Shown: positions 43,019 to 53,900, numbered from the stretch's first letter. The stretch is 64,000 bases of DNA from Candidatus Aminicenantes bacterium (GCA_963742235.1 CAVULT010000005.1:36508-100507), one strand, 5' to 3'. Notes: generated by a model from the letters alone, not told the origin. A program made the numbers and translations.

Positions 43019-44620
43019 TTACAGGACAGGGGTCTCCGATTTCTTCTCGAGGATCTCGAGCAAGGCCGCTTTGGCCTTGGGCGTCCCGATCTCCCCCAGC
43101 GCTTGGACGGCCGCCCGGCCCAACCTGGCGTCCTTGCCCCTGGCGACCTCGAGAAGCGCGGGGACAGCCTCATCGCTCTTGGTCTGCCCCAGGGACATGA
43201 CGGCCTGTTCTCTGAGCTCGCTGTCGGTCTCGGTCTTCAGGATCTCGACCATAGCTTTCACGGCCGCTTCGTCCTTTTCGTCGGCGAGGGCCATCAGGAC
43301 GGCCCGGCGCGCCCGGGGGGACTTGGCGTTCTTCATCACATTGAGGAGCGCTTCGGAGCCGGACCCTCCCTCGATCTCGGCCAGCGCGAAAACGGCCATC
43401 TGGGCTGTTTCGTCGTCGGCGCTCGTCAAGGCGGCCTGGAGGAGGGCATCTTTGGCCTCCGCCCCGCCCTGCTGCGAGAGGGCCATCAGGGCGTGCCTCT
43501 TGAGCTCGTCGTCTTTGGCGGTCGCGAGGTACTGTTTGAGGACGGCCGCGGCCTCGGGCGTCTTGAGCTCGGCGATCTGGAACAAGGCCGACCGGGCCAT
43601 GTCCCTGTCCGTTTCATTGAACAGAACGTCTTTGAGCAAGGGCAGCGACTGGGTTTCGTCGCGGTCGGCCAGGGAGTAGAGGGCGGCCTGACGGATCTCC
43701 CGGTCCTTGGCTTCTTTCAGGATCCGCCGCAGGGCATCGGCCGCCGCCTGGCCCTCGATGTCCTGGAGGGCGAAGGCCGCGGTGCGGGCCATCTCCTGAT
43801 CGGGATCCGTCAGGGCGATCTGGGTGTAGAGGGAGACCAGGCCGGGATCATCGGTGTCGGCCAGGGCGAAGAGGGCGTTGCGCCGGAGCTCGGCCGGAGC
43901 GTCGGAGGCGAGGATCTCCTTCAGGGTCTTGACCGACTCGGGCCCGCCGCGGGAGCCGATGGCGAAGAGGGCGCTGCGGCGGACCTCCTCGTCCGGCTCG
44001 CGCAGAGCGATGTCGCGGAGCTTGGCCAGGGCCTCGGGCGTTTCCATGTCCCCGAGCATGAAGACGATCTGGCTCTTGAGCTTGGCGCTCGTCGCCTTGT
44101 CGTAGAGGCCGATGATCGTCTTGAAGGCGTCGGCATCGCCGAAGTCCTGCAGGGCGTAGAGGGCGGTCATCTTGACATCGTCCTCGTCCTCGGCCTGGAA
44201 GGTCTTGATGATCGTCTCGTATTGGGACTTGCCGGCCTTGGCCAGGCCCTGGGCCAGGCGGATCATGTTGGACTTGGCGTCATCGGTCCAGTCGCTGTCC
44301 GGGTAATCGTCGATGAACTTCTGGTAGCACTGGAAGACGGACTCGGCCGGCCGGCCGAGCTTTTCCTGGGAGTAGCAGGACCAGAAGCGGGCGTCATCGA
44401 CCCAGGCGCTCTTGGGGAACTGGCGGATCAGGTCGTCCATCGCCGCTCCGGCGGGGGCCCACTTCTCTTCGAGGACGAGGGCGTAGGCCTGCTTGTAGGC
44501 GATCGAGTCCTTCTCCTGTCCGGACGGGATCTCGGCCGGGACGAGCGCGGCCTGGGCGAGCCCGGCCGCGAGGACCAGGATGAGGACGGTCCCGAGGAAC
44601 AGGCTGTTTCGGTTTCTCAT
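43019..44620 (-). CDS. Secreted TPR/YfiO-like + HEAT-repeat protein
   Basis: Signal peptide. N-terminal outer-membrane-lipoprotein-like helical repeats (FPKSAWVDDARFW, YPDSDWTDDA). About 10 HEAT units follow (VRRSALFAIG, LRRNALFALAD, IRQAALYSLAD...). Confidence 0.7.
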   Translation of the reverse strand: MRNRNSLFLGTVLILVLAAGLAQAALVPAEIPSGQEKDSIAYKQAYALVLEEKWAPAGAAMDDLIRQFPKSAWVDDARFWSCYSQEKLGRPAESVFQCYQKFIDDYPDSDWTDDAKSNMIRLAQGLAKAGKSQYETIIKTFQAEDEDDVKMTALYALQDFGDADAFKTIIGLYDKATSAKLKSQIVFMLGDMETPEALAKLRDIALREPDEEVRRSALFAIGSRGGPESVKTLKEILASDAPAELRRNALFALADTDDPGLVSLYTQIALTDPDQEMARTAAFALQDIEGQAAADALRRILKEAKDREIRQAALYSLADRDETQSLPLLKDVLFNETDRDMARSALFQIAELKTPEAAAVLKQYLATAKDDELKRHALMALSQQGGAEAKDALLQAALTSADDETAQMAVFALAEIEGGSGSEALLNVMKNAKSPRARRAVLMALADEKDEAAVKAMVEILKTETDSELREQAVMSLGQTKSDEAVPALLEVARGKDARLGRAAVQALGEIGTPKAKAALLEILEKKSETPVL

Positions 44621-44631
44621 GGTTGATCTCC

Positions 44632-45468
44632 TTATGCTTGGCTTTTCTTGAAAGGGGCCACGGCTCCGGCCGGCGAGACCGGGCGGGAGCCGCCGCGGGC
44701 ATCGCGGGCCATGCGGTCGAGGTCGATCTTGAGGAAGATGCCGCCGCGGTCGACGCCCTGCTTGATGAGCTCGATGCCGTCGACATCCTGCCCCGATTCG
44801 AGGTTGGCGATCTGCATCATGATGACTTCGAGGTCGGCGACGAGGTCACGGAGCCGCCGCTGGCCGGGCTGGTTGAGTCCCTGGCGGAGGACCGCGGCCT
44901 CGGTCGCGAGCCCGCGGGAGACGGCTTTCTTCCTGCCCAGGTCGAGGGCATAGGCGTCGTCGGTCGCCGGATCGAAGTTGACCAAACCCAGGAGCAGGAC
45001 CTTGGACCGTTCGACGAAATTCGCCGCCTGGACGACGGCGCCGGCCTGGACGGGCCGGGCCGTCGCGGTCCGCGTCGTCGGCGGGCCCGGGGGACCGATC
45101 AGGCGGCTGCCGATCAGGATCCCGACGAGAACGAGCGCGGCCGCGCCCGCGGCCTGATAGGCCCATCGGGGCAGGTGGAAAAGAACGCGGCCGATCAGGG
45201 CCGCGGGGGACGGACGGCGGCCCTCTTCGGTCTCATCCCAGAGCAGCCGCCGCGAAAGCCTGTCCCAATACCCGTCCCAGAATTCCGGGCCCGGGTCGGG
45301 CCTCTCGCGCCGGTCCATCAGCCTGAGCGTTTCTCCGAGGGCCGCGTACTCGGCCCGGCACTTCGGACAGGCCTCGAGGTGACGCTCGAGCCCGGCCTTG
45401 CCGGCCGGGGCGAGTTCGCCGTAGAGGGCCTCGATCATGGCGTCCCGGCAAGTCTTGCATTCATTCAT
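44632..45468 (-). CDS. Anti-sigma factor (zf-HC2 N-domain, one TM, periplasmic domain)
   Basis: MNECKTCRDAM...HLEACPKCRAEY (H-x3-C-x2-C). TM AAGAAALVLVGILIG. The start overlaps the ECF sigma gene end by 8 nt. The longer track ORF is an over-extension. Confidence 0.8.
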   Translation of the reverse strand: MNECKTCRDAMIEALYGELAPAGKAGLERHLEACPKCRAEYAALGETLRLMDRRERPDPGPEFWDGYWDRLSRRLLWDETEEGRRPSPAALIGRVLFHLPRWAYQAAGAAALVLVGILIGSRLIGPPGPPTTRTATARPVQAGAVVQAANFVERSKVLLLGLVNFDPATDDAYALDLGRKKAVSRGLATEAAVLRQGLNQPGQRRLRDLVADLEVIMMQIANLESGQDVDGIELIKQGVDRGGIFLKIDLDRMARDARGGSRPVSPAGAVAPFKKSQA

Positions 45469-46063
45469 GGGAAGTCTCCGCGTTGGAGATGATGGCCGTC
45501 GGGCCAAGCTCCTTCTGGATCTTGCGGACGGCCCGGAAAAGATAGCTCTTGACCGACCCGACGGACAGTCCCAGAGAAGAGGCGATGTCCTTGAGCATGA
45601 GATCGTCATAATGGCGCAGGACGAAAACGGCCTTTTCCTGGGGTGAGACCCTATCGAGGGCCCGGGCGATCCGGTCCTGGAGCTGCCTCGATTCCAGGGC
45701 CGCTCCCGGATCGGCGGGGCCGCGGCGGGGCAACCCGGCCTCGGAGTCTCCGGCGGATTCGATGAGCTCGTCGGCCACGGCTGCGGGCGCCGCGCCCCTC
45801 CGCCTGAGGTGGTCGATCGAGGCGTTGTAAGTGATCCTGTAGAGCCAGGAGCCGAGCTTGGCGCCCTTCCTGAACGTGGCGAAGGAGCGGAAGACCTTGA
45901 GAAAGACCTCCTGCGAGATGTCCTCGGCGTCGACGGGATTCCCGGCCATGTCCAGGGCCAGGTAATAGACCTTCTTTTTATAGCGCTCGACGAGCTCACG
46001 GAAGGCGCGCGGGTCGCCCCGGGTCATTCCCTCGATGATCTCGTTCTCGTCCATAGGGTCCAT
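45461..46063 (-). CDS. ECF-type RNA polymerase sigma factor
   Basis: Region 2 (DAEDISQEVFLKVFRSF...WLYRITYNASID) and region 4 (KAVFVLRHYDDLMLKDIASSLGLSVGSVKSYLFRA). Confidence 0.9.
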   Translation of the reverse strand: MDPMDENEIIEGMTRGDPRAFRELVERYKKKVYYLALDMAGNPVDAEDISQEVFLKVFRSFATFRKGAKLGSWLYRITYNASIDHLRRRGAAPAAVADELIESAGDSEAGLPRRGPADPGAALESRQLQDRIARALDRVSPQEKAVFVLRHYDDLMLKDIASSLGLSVGSVKSYLFRAVRKIQKELGPTAIISNAETSHE

Positions 46064-46080
46064 ATCCGGCTTTCACTGCG

Positions 46081-46107
46081 TTAGACGGACGGACCGGCCA
46101 CGGGGTT
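46081..46107 (-). promoter_or_regulatory. Possible ECF-type autoregulated promoter
   Basis: On the minus strand, CCAAC (AAC at 46107-46105), 17 nt, then CGTCTAA (46087-46081). The AAC/CGT spacing is as in ECF promoters. The -35 is a weak match. Confidence 0.25.
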
Positions 46108-46140
46108 GGCAGGCGCTCAAAAGAGGCCAAAAGCGGTCAT

Positions 46141-47114
46141 TTAGCCGCCTTGGACATAGCGCCCGTATCTCTCGCGGACCCGGCCGGATGCGACATCCCC
46201 CCTGTGGACGAGGATGCCGACACGCTGGCTGATCGACCCGCCCTGGCGAAGGACGAAGGGCTTGCCGCTCATGATCGTCGGGCCGTCGCGGCCCGAAGGT
46301 GCCGTATTCCCGCGTCAGCCAGCGGTGCTCGCGGCCATCGGGCCATTGGAAGACCGCGACGCCTTCCGTCGTTCCGTCCACGGTGTTCGAATAGTCGATC
46401 CAGAGCGCCGGCTTCATGTTGGTGGAGGCCTCGCCGACGGCCCCTGAATCGGAGGTGATCTTGCCGCCCTGCCCGCCGCTCCAGACGGGCGCGAGACGGA
46501 GGAAGGGCCAGGCATAATGGACGTCGTCGCTGACAAGGAGATCTCGCCGTAGGAGGCCGTGAGCGTCCAGCTCAGGTCGAGAAGATACTCGCCTTCACCG
46601 AGGCTGTGGATGACGAGCCGCCTCGCCTCATCCAGAACGGGCTGGCCGTCCGATTCCCAGACGAGCCGGGCATCGACGGCGGCGCGGGCTCTTCCCGCGT
46701 CGAGCCGGGTGAACGACTCGAGCCGGATCCGGTCGCGGAAGGGCGGGCCGAAATCGCCGGCCTCCGTCCTGACTCCGCTCGCGAGAGCGTAGTAGAAGCT
46801 CAGGTCCCTCTCCCCTCCCGCCGGACGGATCGTATCGGCGAACCAGAAGCTGCGATGGTGGGGATAGGGCTCGGTCTTCTCGACGAGCATGTCCCGGCCG
46901 CTCGGGCTTCGCATCGGCCAGTAGTGGGGCAGGTCGACGTCGGGGCCGTATCGGAAGACGAGGGCTTCCCGGCCGCCGATGCTGGACCGTGAGCGGCCGG
47001 CCGCGTCGTCGCGCTGGAGCGTGACCCGGGGCTTTGACGCCTGGAGGCTGAGGGCGGCGGCGCAGAGAAGGACGACGGCGCGGACGGCCGCCGGCCGACG
47101 CTCAGACGATCCAC
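46141..47114 (-). pseudogene. PmoA-family (DUF6807) secreted protein, about three frameshifts
   Basis: Readable pieces lie in three frames. First is the signal peptide RRPAAVRAVVLLCAAALSLQA. Second is SSIGGREALVFRYGPDVDLPHYWPMRSPSGRDMLVEKTEPYPHHRSFWFAD...WTLTASYGEIS. Third is LVSDDVHYAWPFLRL...MKPALWIDYSNTVDGTTEGVAVFQWPDGREHRWLTREYGTF. Last is IMSGKPFVLRQGGSISQRVGILVHRGDVASGRVRERY. Shifts occur near 47087, 46535 and 46291. Confidence 0.7.
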
Positions 47115-48406
47115 GGCCGCCGGTGGGGATAGTCGAGCCTGCGGTTGGCCTCTTCGTCCCCGGCGAACCTCTCGGCCTGCGGGTCCCAGGCGAGCTTGCG
47201 GCCGAGCTTCATGGCGATGTGGGTCATGACGCAGATCGAGTTGGAGCGGTGGCCCACCTCGACCGGCGCGGCCGGGGCCTGCCGGCTGCGCACGGCCTCG
47301 AGGAAGTTCTTCATGTGGTTGCCGCTCTGCACGAGCTTGACCGCGCCCTGGCCCGGCTTCCATTTCAGGATCTCGGGGTCGGAGGCCTTGATGGCGCCGC
47401 GCTCGACGAAGACCCAGCCGTCGTCGCCCTCGAAGCGCACGCCCGCCGGGTCGCCGGTCTCCATGATGAGGCGGACGCCGTTCGCGTAGACGGCCTCGGC
47501 CTTGAACTTGGTGTGGACGTTGAACAGGCCCCGGTCGGGGAAATCGCCCTTGGCCTCGATGCTGACGGGGCCGCTGAGGTCGGTGCCGTTGCCCCACTGG
47601 GCGATGTCCACCATGTGCGATCCCCAGCCGGTGACCATGCCCAGGCAATAGGGCTCGATCTGGAGCCAGCCGGGCCGCTCGAAGCTCATCTGGGGATGGA
47701 CGCGGTCCTCGGTGAAGGGGGCTTCGGCCGAAGGGCCCATCCAGGTCTCGTAGTCGAGGTTCGGCGGCACGGGCTCGGGCCTCGGGTCGCCGCGGCCCTG
47801 ATCCTCGGGCAGCCAGACGCGGATCGTCCGGAGCTTACCGACCCGGCCGTTGCGGGCGAGCTCGCAGGCCATCAGAAAGTGGATCGAGGAGCGCTGCTGG
47901 GAGCCGACCTGAAGGACGCGCTTGTGCCTTTTCACCGTCGCGACGAGCTTGCGACCCTCGGCGATCGAGTAAGTCAGGGGTTTTTCGAGATAGATGTCTT
48001 TGCCCGCGGCGGCCGCGGCGACGGCATGGGCCGCGTGCCAGAAGTCGGGCGTGACGATGAGCACGCCGTCGATGTCCTTGCGGGCCAGGAGCTCGCGGAA
48101 ATCATGGAAGGCCCTGACGCTCTTCGAGGCGTTCCGACTCGTCTCGACCGCGTAGATCTTCTCGGCCAGCCACTGGGCGTCCTCGAGTCTGTGGGAGTCG
48201 ATGTCGCACACGGCCGTCACCCTGGCCCCGTTCTCGAGGCCGCGGTAGATGAGCTCCTGCATGTCGGCCTGGCCCTGACGGCCGACGCCGATGCAGCCGA
48301 ACTGGAGGGTATCGCTCGGGGCGGGCCGGGCGAAAACGGACGACGGGACGAGGACCGGAGCCGAGGCCGTCACGGCCGCGGCCTTCAGGAAGCTTCGACG
48401 GTTCAT
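47102..48406 (-). CDS. Gfo/Idh/MocA-family oxidoreductase with a Tat signal (intact)
   Basis: Tat motif MNRRSFLKAAAVTASA. Rossmann motif GCIGVGRQG, plus EKP. 434 aa are uninterrupted. RBS GGGAGGA. Confidence 0.9.
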   Translation of the reverse strand: MNRRSFLKAAAVTASAPVLVPSSVFARPAPSDTLQFGCIGVGRQGQADMQELIYRGLENGARVTAVCDIDSHRLEDAQWLAEKIYAVETSRNASKSVRAFHDFRELLARKDIDGVLIVTPDFWHAAHAVAAAAAGKDIYLEKPLTYSIAEGRKLVATVKRHKRVLQVGSQQRSSIHFLMACELARNGRVGKLRTIRVWLPEDQGRGDPRPEPVPPNLDYETWMGPSAEAPFTEDRVHPQMSFERPGWLQIEPYCLGMVTGWGSHMVDIAQWGNGTDLSGPVSIEAKGDFPDRGLFNVHTKFKAEAVYANGVRLIMETGDPAGVRFEGDDGWVFVERGAIKASDPEILKWKPGQGAVKLVQSGNHMKNFLEAVRSRQAPAAPVEVGHRSNSICVMTHIAMKLGRKLAWDPQAERFAGDEEANRRLDYPHRRPWIV

Positions 48407-48424
48407 GCTGTCCTCCCGGAGCTG

Positions 48425-48452
48425 AAACTACCACCCGTCCGGGCACTGTCAA
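48425..48452 (-). promoter_or_regulatory. Possible sigma-70-type promoter for the oxidoreductase gene
   Basis: On the minus strand, TTGACA (48452-48447), a 16-nt spacer, then TAGTTT (48430-48425), about 20 nt upstream of the ATG. Confidence 0.3.
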
Positions 48453-48601
48453 CGCTGGGACCTCGGCCGCGGAAGGGGCTCGTAGTCAGCCTCACCCTGC
48501 TCGCCCCTCACCAACGGACTCTGCCGGCAACGACGGGCCGCATCTCCGGAATCGTGAGAAGAACCTGCGAAGGCGGATATGGCTGCCGTTCTGGAAACTC
48601 C

Positions 48602-49914
48602 TCAGAGGAGTGAGAGGATCTTGACCACGGCGCCGGCGGCCACGACGAGGATGGCCAGGAGGAGGAGGACATTCCAGGCCGCGCCCTTGAAGCCCCGGTT
48701 GACCTCGTCGCCGAGGTAGCTGCGCTTGTTCTGAAGGATGAAGAAGGCGACGTAGGCGATGGGCATCATGATGAGCGCGATGGACGAGGCCACGACCGGA
48801 AGCCAGAACGGCAAGGGGGTGAACGCGCCGAGGATGCCGACTTGGCCGTCATCGTCGCCGCCCGATAGCGCCAGCCTCGCGGCTCGAAGCCGAGCATCTC
48901 GCTCAGGACGAAGCCGCAGATGACCATCTCGATCGTGAGCGTCGTGAAGCACATGCCGAGGATGCCGAGCGAGAAGATGACCCGGCCCGCCGCGACGCCG
49001 GCCACGGGAGCCAGGGCGTGCGCGCATCGACCGCCTCGCGGACGCGGATCCCCTGCACATGGAGCGTGTTGGCCAGACGAAGACAGCCAGTCCCATGTGG
49101 GACGAATATCGCGAACATCGAGACGACGAGGTCGAAGTTCTTGAGCCGCCGGTGCTCCCGGCCCAGCCGCGGGCGAGGAGAGTGTAGGGATAGAGAAAGG
49201 TCATATTGACCCCGACCGCCGCGCCGAGCGCGCCGAGGACGATCGTCAGGCCTTCGCGGTCGCGCGGGACATGGAAGCCGAAGAGGCCGTGGAGAAGGGC
49301 TTTGAAATCCACGCCGGTCTTGATGACGACGAGGAGGAAGAAAAGGGACATCAGCAGGACGAGGTACTTCAGGACGCGCTCGAAGAGCCGGACCGACCGG
49401 CGGCCGCCCTGGCCCGTAGCTCCAGCAGAGAGCCGGTGCCGGCGACGAGAAGCCCGAGCGCGATGGGCGCGCGGGGAATGTCCAGGCCGGCGACGTCGAA
49501 GATGTCCCGGCTGACGCTCGTCGCCAGGGCGTACTGAGGGAACTGCCAGATGACGGAGGCCACGAGGACGACGCCGCCCCAGGCAAAGGCCAAGGCCGGG
49601 TGGAGCTTCTTCCGGAAGACGTCGTACGGCCGGGCCTGGGTCATGAGGAGCTGGTGGCCGATAGCCGCGAACACCACGATGCCGAGGAACATGGCCACCG
49701 GCTGGACCCACAGCAAGTCGTAGCCGAAGACCGCGCCGGCGAAGATGGATGAGCCGGCCGAACCGGCGCCCAGGGTCAGGGCGCTCTGGACCCAGCCCGG
49801 TCCGGAGAGCGACCAATAGCCGAGCCATCGGCGCAGGCGGCCGGGGCGGGCGTCGATCTCGCGCAGCCGGGCCTTTTCGCGCTCGAGGGCCTCGGGGTCC
49901 CGCGACCCGGCCAT
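48602..49914 (-). pseudogene. Nramp-family-like membrane transporter, at least four frameshifts
   Basis: A collinear protein is readable across four frame changes, near 49420, 49160, 49022 and 48856. It runs MAGSRDPEALE...SLSGPGWVQSALTLGAGSAGSSIFAGAVFGYDLLWVQP..., then RSVRLFERVLKYLVLLMSLFFLLVV...FLYPYTLLARGW. It continues GREHRRLKNFDLVVSMFAIFVPHGTG...REAVDA, then AHALAPVAGVAAGRVIFSLGILGMCFTTLTIEMVICGF, and ends VGILGAFTPLPFWLPVVASSIALIMMP...VVKILSLL. Confidence 0.7.
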
Positions 49915-49970
49915 GGGCAGGCCGCGCCGAAGGCCGTCGGGCACGGGTCTCGTCCGGCATTTGCGGCCGT

Positions 49971-50831
49971 CTATTTCCCCGGGCCGGCGACCTTGGCCGG
50001 GCCCACGGCTTCGAACCCCGTCACGGGGCGAAGAACGCCGCACATGCCCAGGGTCGAGCTCCCGGCGGGAACGTGGAGGACCGGGCCGGCCTCCTCAGAC
50101 GCCGCTGCGGCAGGTTCTCGAGCCGCTTGCGGAGCCGCAGGCCCCAGGCCATCGGGCCGGCCTCGACGGCGCGGCCGAAGCTCGATACCTCGTGGGCCGC
50201 GGTCATGCAGGTGGACACGGATGAACCGGGCCAGTTCCATGTAATAGGCAGGCTGGTCCTTCCTCCACAGCTCCACGAGACTCATATAGGCGCGGATGGC
50301 CGCGTCTCGCCGGTCGAGAGCTCCCTCGAGCCCTTTCGTCTTGGCCAGGCCGGTCGAGGCGGTCGATACTCGTCCGGATCGTCGTCGACGGCCTTGCCGA
50401 AGTAGATCCGGGCGTCTCCCCCTCGGCCAGACCGGCGTTGCCCATGACCACGAGCAGGACGAGGTGGTCGGTGTTGACCAGCGCGGTGGAGGACGCAAGG
50501 CGGGAATTGGAGGTAGCGTCCGGGCAGGAGGTCGACCGAGCGGAAGCCGCCCTCGAGGTCATGGAGCTCGACCCTCCCCTTGCCGCTCATGACGTAGTAC
50601 CCTTCGTCGGTCACGGCGTGGACGTGGGGAGAGCCCGACATCAGCCCGTCCGGGGCCGGACGCTGGTCGTAAACCGTGAGCTGGGTCAAGCCGATGCCGC
50701 TGATGAGATCTTCGGACCGGTACCGAGGCTCGGGACGAAGATCGCCACAAGAAGCGCGAGACTTGTCGAGGCGGCCCGTCGAAGGGCATCCGATGGCGCT
50801 TGTCGCGATGGGTAAGCACATCCTGGGCCAT
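49971..50831 (-). pseudogene. Cupin-domain protein (about 286 codons), at least five frameshifts
   Basis: RBS GAGGAGG precedes ATG 50831. The cupin core RYRSEDLISGIGLTQLTVYDQRPAPDGLMSGSPHVHAVTDEGYYVMSGKGRVELHD...GRYLQFPP is readable. It continues in other frames as LVNTDHLVLLVVMGNAGLAEG / DARIYFGKAVDDDPDEY / GLAKTKGLEGALDRRDAAIRAYMSLVELWRKDQPAYYMELARFIRVHLH / AAHEVSSFGRAVEAGPMAWGLRLRKRLENLPQ / ASEEAGPVLHVPAGSSTLG. Confidence 0.65.
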
Positions 50832-50891
50832 GGGGGACCTCCTCACAGGCTCCTTTTTATCAGAAGCCCCGGAGAAAAGGAAATGATTCGT

Positions 50892-50907
50892 GGCGATATC
50901 CATCGCC
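50892..50907 (-). terminator. Perfect palindromic hairpin downstream of the Ser/Thr kinase gene
   Basis: GGCGAT-ATCC-ATCGCC (6-bp stem), about 35 nt after the stop at 50941. The following sequence is only moderately U-rich. Confidence 0.25.
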
Positions 50908-50940
50908 GTTTCGAGAGGGATTTCCAGGAAGGAGAGGCTC

Positions 50941-53900
50941 TTACAGCCCGGCGGGCGTGCCGATGAACGGAAGCGAATAGAAGGCGTCAACCGGCCCGCC
51001 TTTGGGCATGGGGGCCCGGCCCTTGAGCCGGGCCAGCCTTTCCCGGACGGTCGCGACCTCGGCGAGATCCGGGTCGGCCTGCTTCCAGAGGCTCCACAGG
51101 GTTTTGTACTGCTCGAGCGCACGGTCCAGGTCGCCCTGGGCTTCATAAAGGGCGGCCAGGCGGAGACGGCTGAACGGATGGATCAAGGCCCCTTCGCGGT
51201 CCTTGGCCTCCGGAGAGACCAGCCTCTCGTACTCCTTCATGGCCAGGCCCATTCCGCCCTTCTTGAGATGGGCTCGGGCGGCGAAGTCGCCCATGAAGGG
51301 CAGGTTCTTGCTTTCGACGGTCACCGCGTTGCCGAGATCGATCTTGACCTCCGGGCCCTCGGCAAAGACCTTGACCGCCGCGTCGTATTGCCCGTCGGCG
51401 AAGAGGATCTCGCGCTTCAGGTGGTTCGAGGCGAGCAGGTTGAATTCCTTCTCTTTATCGCCGACCGACGCCGCCAATGCGTCCATCGCCTCGAGCTTTT
51501 TCCTGGCGCCGGGGACGTTGCCCGACTTGACATCGTAGAGCCCGGTGTAAAGCAGCTCGTAGATCTTGTTCAAGCTGTCGGTGCCCATCTTCGTTTCGGC
51601 CCTGTAGGACAAGCGCCTGTCGAGATAGGATTTGAAGAGGTCGAGGCGGCCCCAGTCATAGGAGATCCAGAGGGCGTCCCGGAGGATGATGTCGGCCAGA
51701 TCTTTGTTGCCCGAGGTCTTGGCCAGGGTCTCCGCCGTGCCGAGCTCGGCCAGCGCGTCATTGAACCGTCCCGAGAGGGAATAATAGAGTCCCTTCCACT
51801 GGTGCCCGTCGGCCCTCATGCCGTCGGTCTGGGCCCGGGTGATCATCTCGTCGACCCAGCGCAGGGCCGCGTCATAATCTCCGTCCATGGCATAGAGGTA
51901 GGCCAGCTTCCAGGTCGACGGAAAATCGGGCCTGACCCCCAGCGCCAGCTGGTACTTGGCCCGGGCCTTGTCGTATTCGCCGGTCAGGAAATAGAGGTCG
52001 CCCAGGGAGTCGAGGGGGTTGGCCTCGCCCGGATGGGACGCGGCATAGCGGTCGAAGGTGGCGATGGCCTTGTCCTTCTCCCCCAGATCGGCGTAGGTAT
52101 AGGCCAGCAGGTTCAAGGCGTAGCCGAAGTCCGGATCGATGGCCAGGGCCTTTTCGAACTCGGCCACCGCCTCGGTGTACTTCTTATCGTTCCTATAGAA
52201 CCAGGCCAGGTCGGCATGGGCGCGCTTGTCCTGCGGGTCGGCCTTGATGACCTCGTGCAGCCCCTGGACATAGCCCTTGATGTCCTTTTCCATCAGCGCG
52301 GACAGGGCGGCGATGTACAGGCCGTCCTTGCCCTTGCCCGGGCTGGTCTTGCTCAGCTTCTTGAATTGCTCCATGGCCTTGGCCGCCCGCGGCGCGTCGG
52401 CCAGGCTGTTATAGACCCGCGTCAGGTAATAGTGCGGCAGGGCGAAGGACGGGTCCTTATCGACCGCCTTCTCGAGCGACACGCGGGCGTCCTCGAAGTA
52501 GTAGCGCTCGAAGTCCTCGAGTCCCTTGAGGAAAAGCTGGTAGGCATCCATCGAGGCCGTCGTGACCTTGGTGATAGGCATCGCGCCCTTGGCCGCCGCC
52601 AACGCCGAGAGCCCGACGCCCCGGGCGATCTCCCGGGTCAGCTCGTCGATCTGCGTCCGGAGGATGCTCCCGACCCCCTCGCCGCGCGAACCCGTGCTTT
52701 TGAGGAGGTTCTTCGTCTGGACGTCGTAGATCTTGGCGTCGGTGGCGAACAGGTTCTCCGCCTTGGTGAAGCTGCCCATGACGATAGCGTCGACGCCGGC
52801 TCGACGGCAGATATCGAACCAAAGGTTCCGGTCGGCGGAGCTGGCCACGTCCCTGTCCTTCGGCCCGGCCAGATCGTTCAGCCGCTCCCACGAAACGACC
52901 TCGAGGTATTTCGACTGCTCGAGGCTGGTGATGAGGAGGTTGGGGATGGCTTTCTTCAAGTACTCGTAGGCGGCCTCGCCGGTCAGGTTCTCGAAGCCGA
53001 CGATGGCCACGGTGCGGACGGCCCCCTTGGCCTTGGGGAGGACCTGACGGATGACGATCCCGGCGGCCATGATGCCCAGGAAGGCGACGACGGGGACGGC
53101 GGCCTTCCGCCACGGGAAGCGCTCGACGGCGGCGAGCAGGGTGGTCTTCCGCGTCGTCGGCCTGACCCAGGGCGACGGCTGGGGCGTGGTGTGAATCGTC
53201 TCCTCGACCTGACCGAGGTCGCGGCACACGTCTTCGATCGTCTGGTACCGCTCGTCCCGGTCCTTGGCCAGGCAGCGAAGGATGATGGCGCTCAGCTGGG
53301 GCGGCGTCTGGGGGTTCAGCTCCTCGGGCGACGGCGGCGGCTCGGACTGCTGCTTGAAGGCGACGACGAAAGGCGTGTCCGCGGCGAACGGCAGCCGCCC
53401 GGTCACCATCTCGAACAGGATGACCCCGAACGCGTAGATGTCCGAGCGCTGGTCGGCGTCCTTGCCCTCGACCTGCTCGGGCGACATGTATTCGGGCGTG
53501 CCGATGACGCTCCCCTCGACGGTGACCCCCGGAACGCCGATGGCCCGGGCGATGCCGAAGTCGAGGATCTTGGCGTTGCCGTCCTTGTCGATCATGATGT
53601 TGCTGGGCTTGAGGTCGCGGTGGACGATGCCCGCGTCATGGGCCTCGCTGAGTCCGCTGCAGACCTGCTTGGCGATGGTCACGGTCGTGGAGATGTCGAG
53701 GCGGCGCGAGCGGCGGATGAAGCTCTTCAGGTCCTCGCCGGGCACGTACTCCATGGTGATATAGTGGAGCCCCTCGTCTTCGCCCAGGTGGTACATCTTG
53801 CCGATGTTGCGGTGGGAGATCTTGTGGGCCAGCTTGATCTCGTTGACGAAGCGCTCGAGGGTCCGCTTGTCCTCGGCGATGTCGGGCCGGATGAGCTTGA

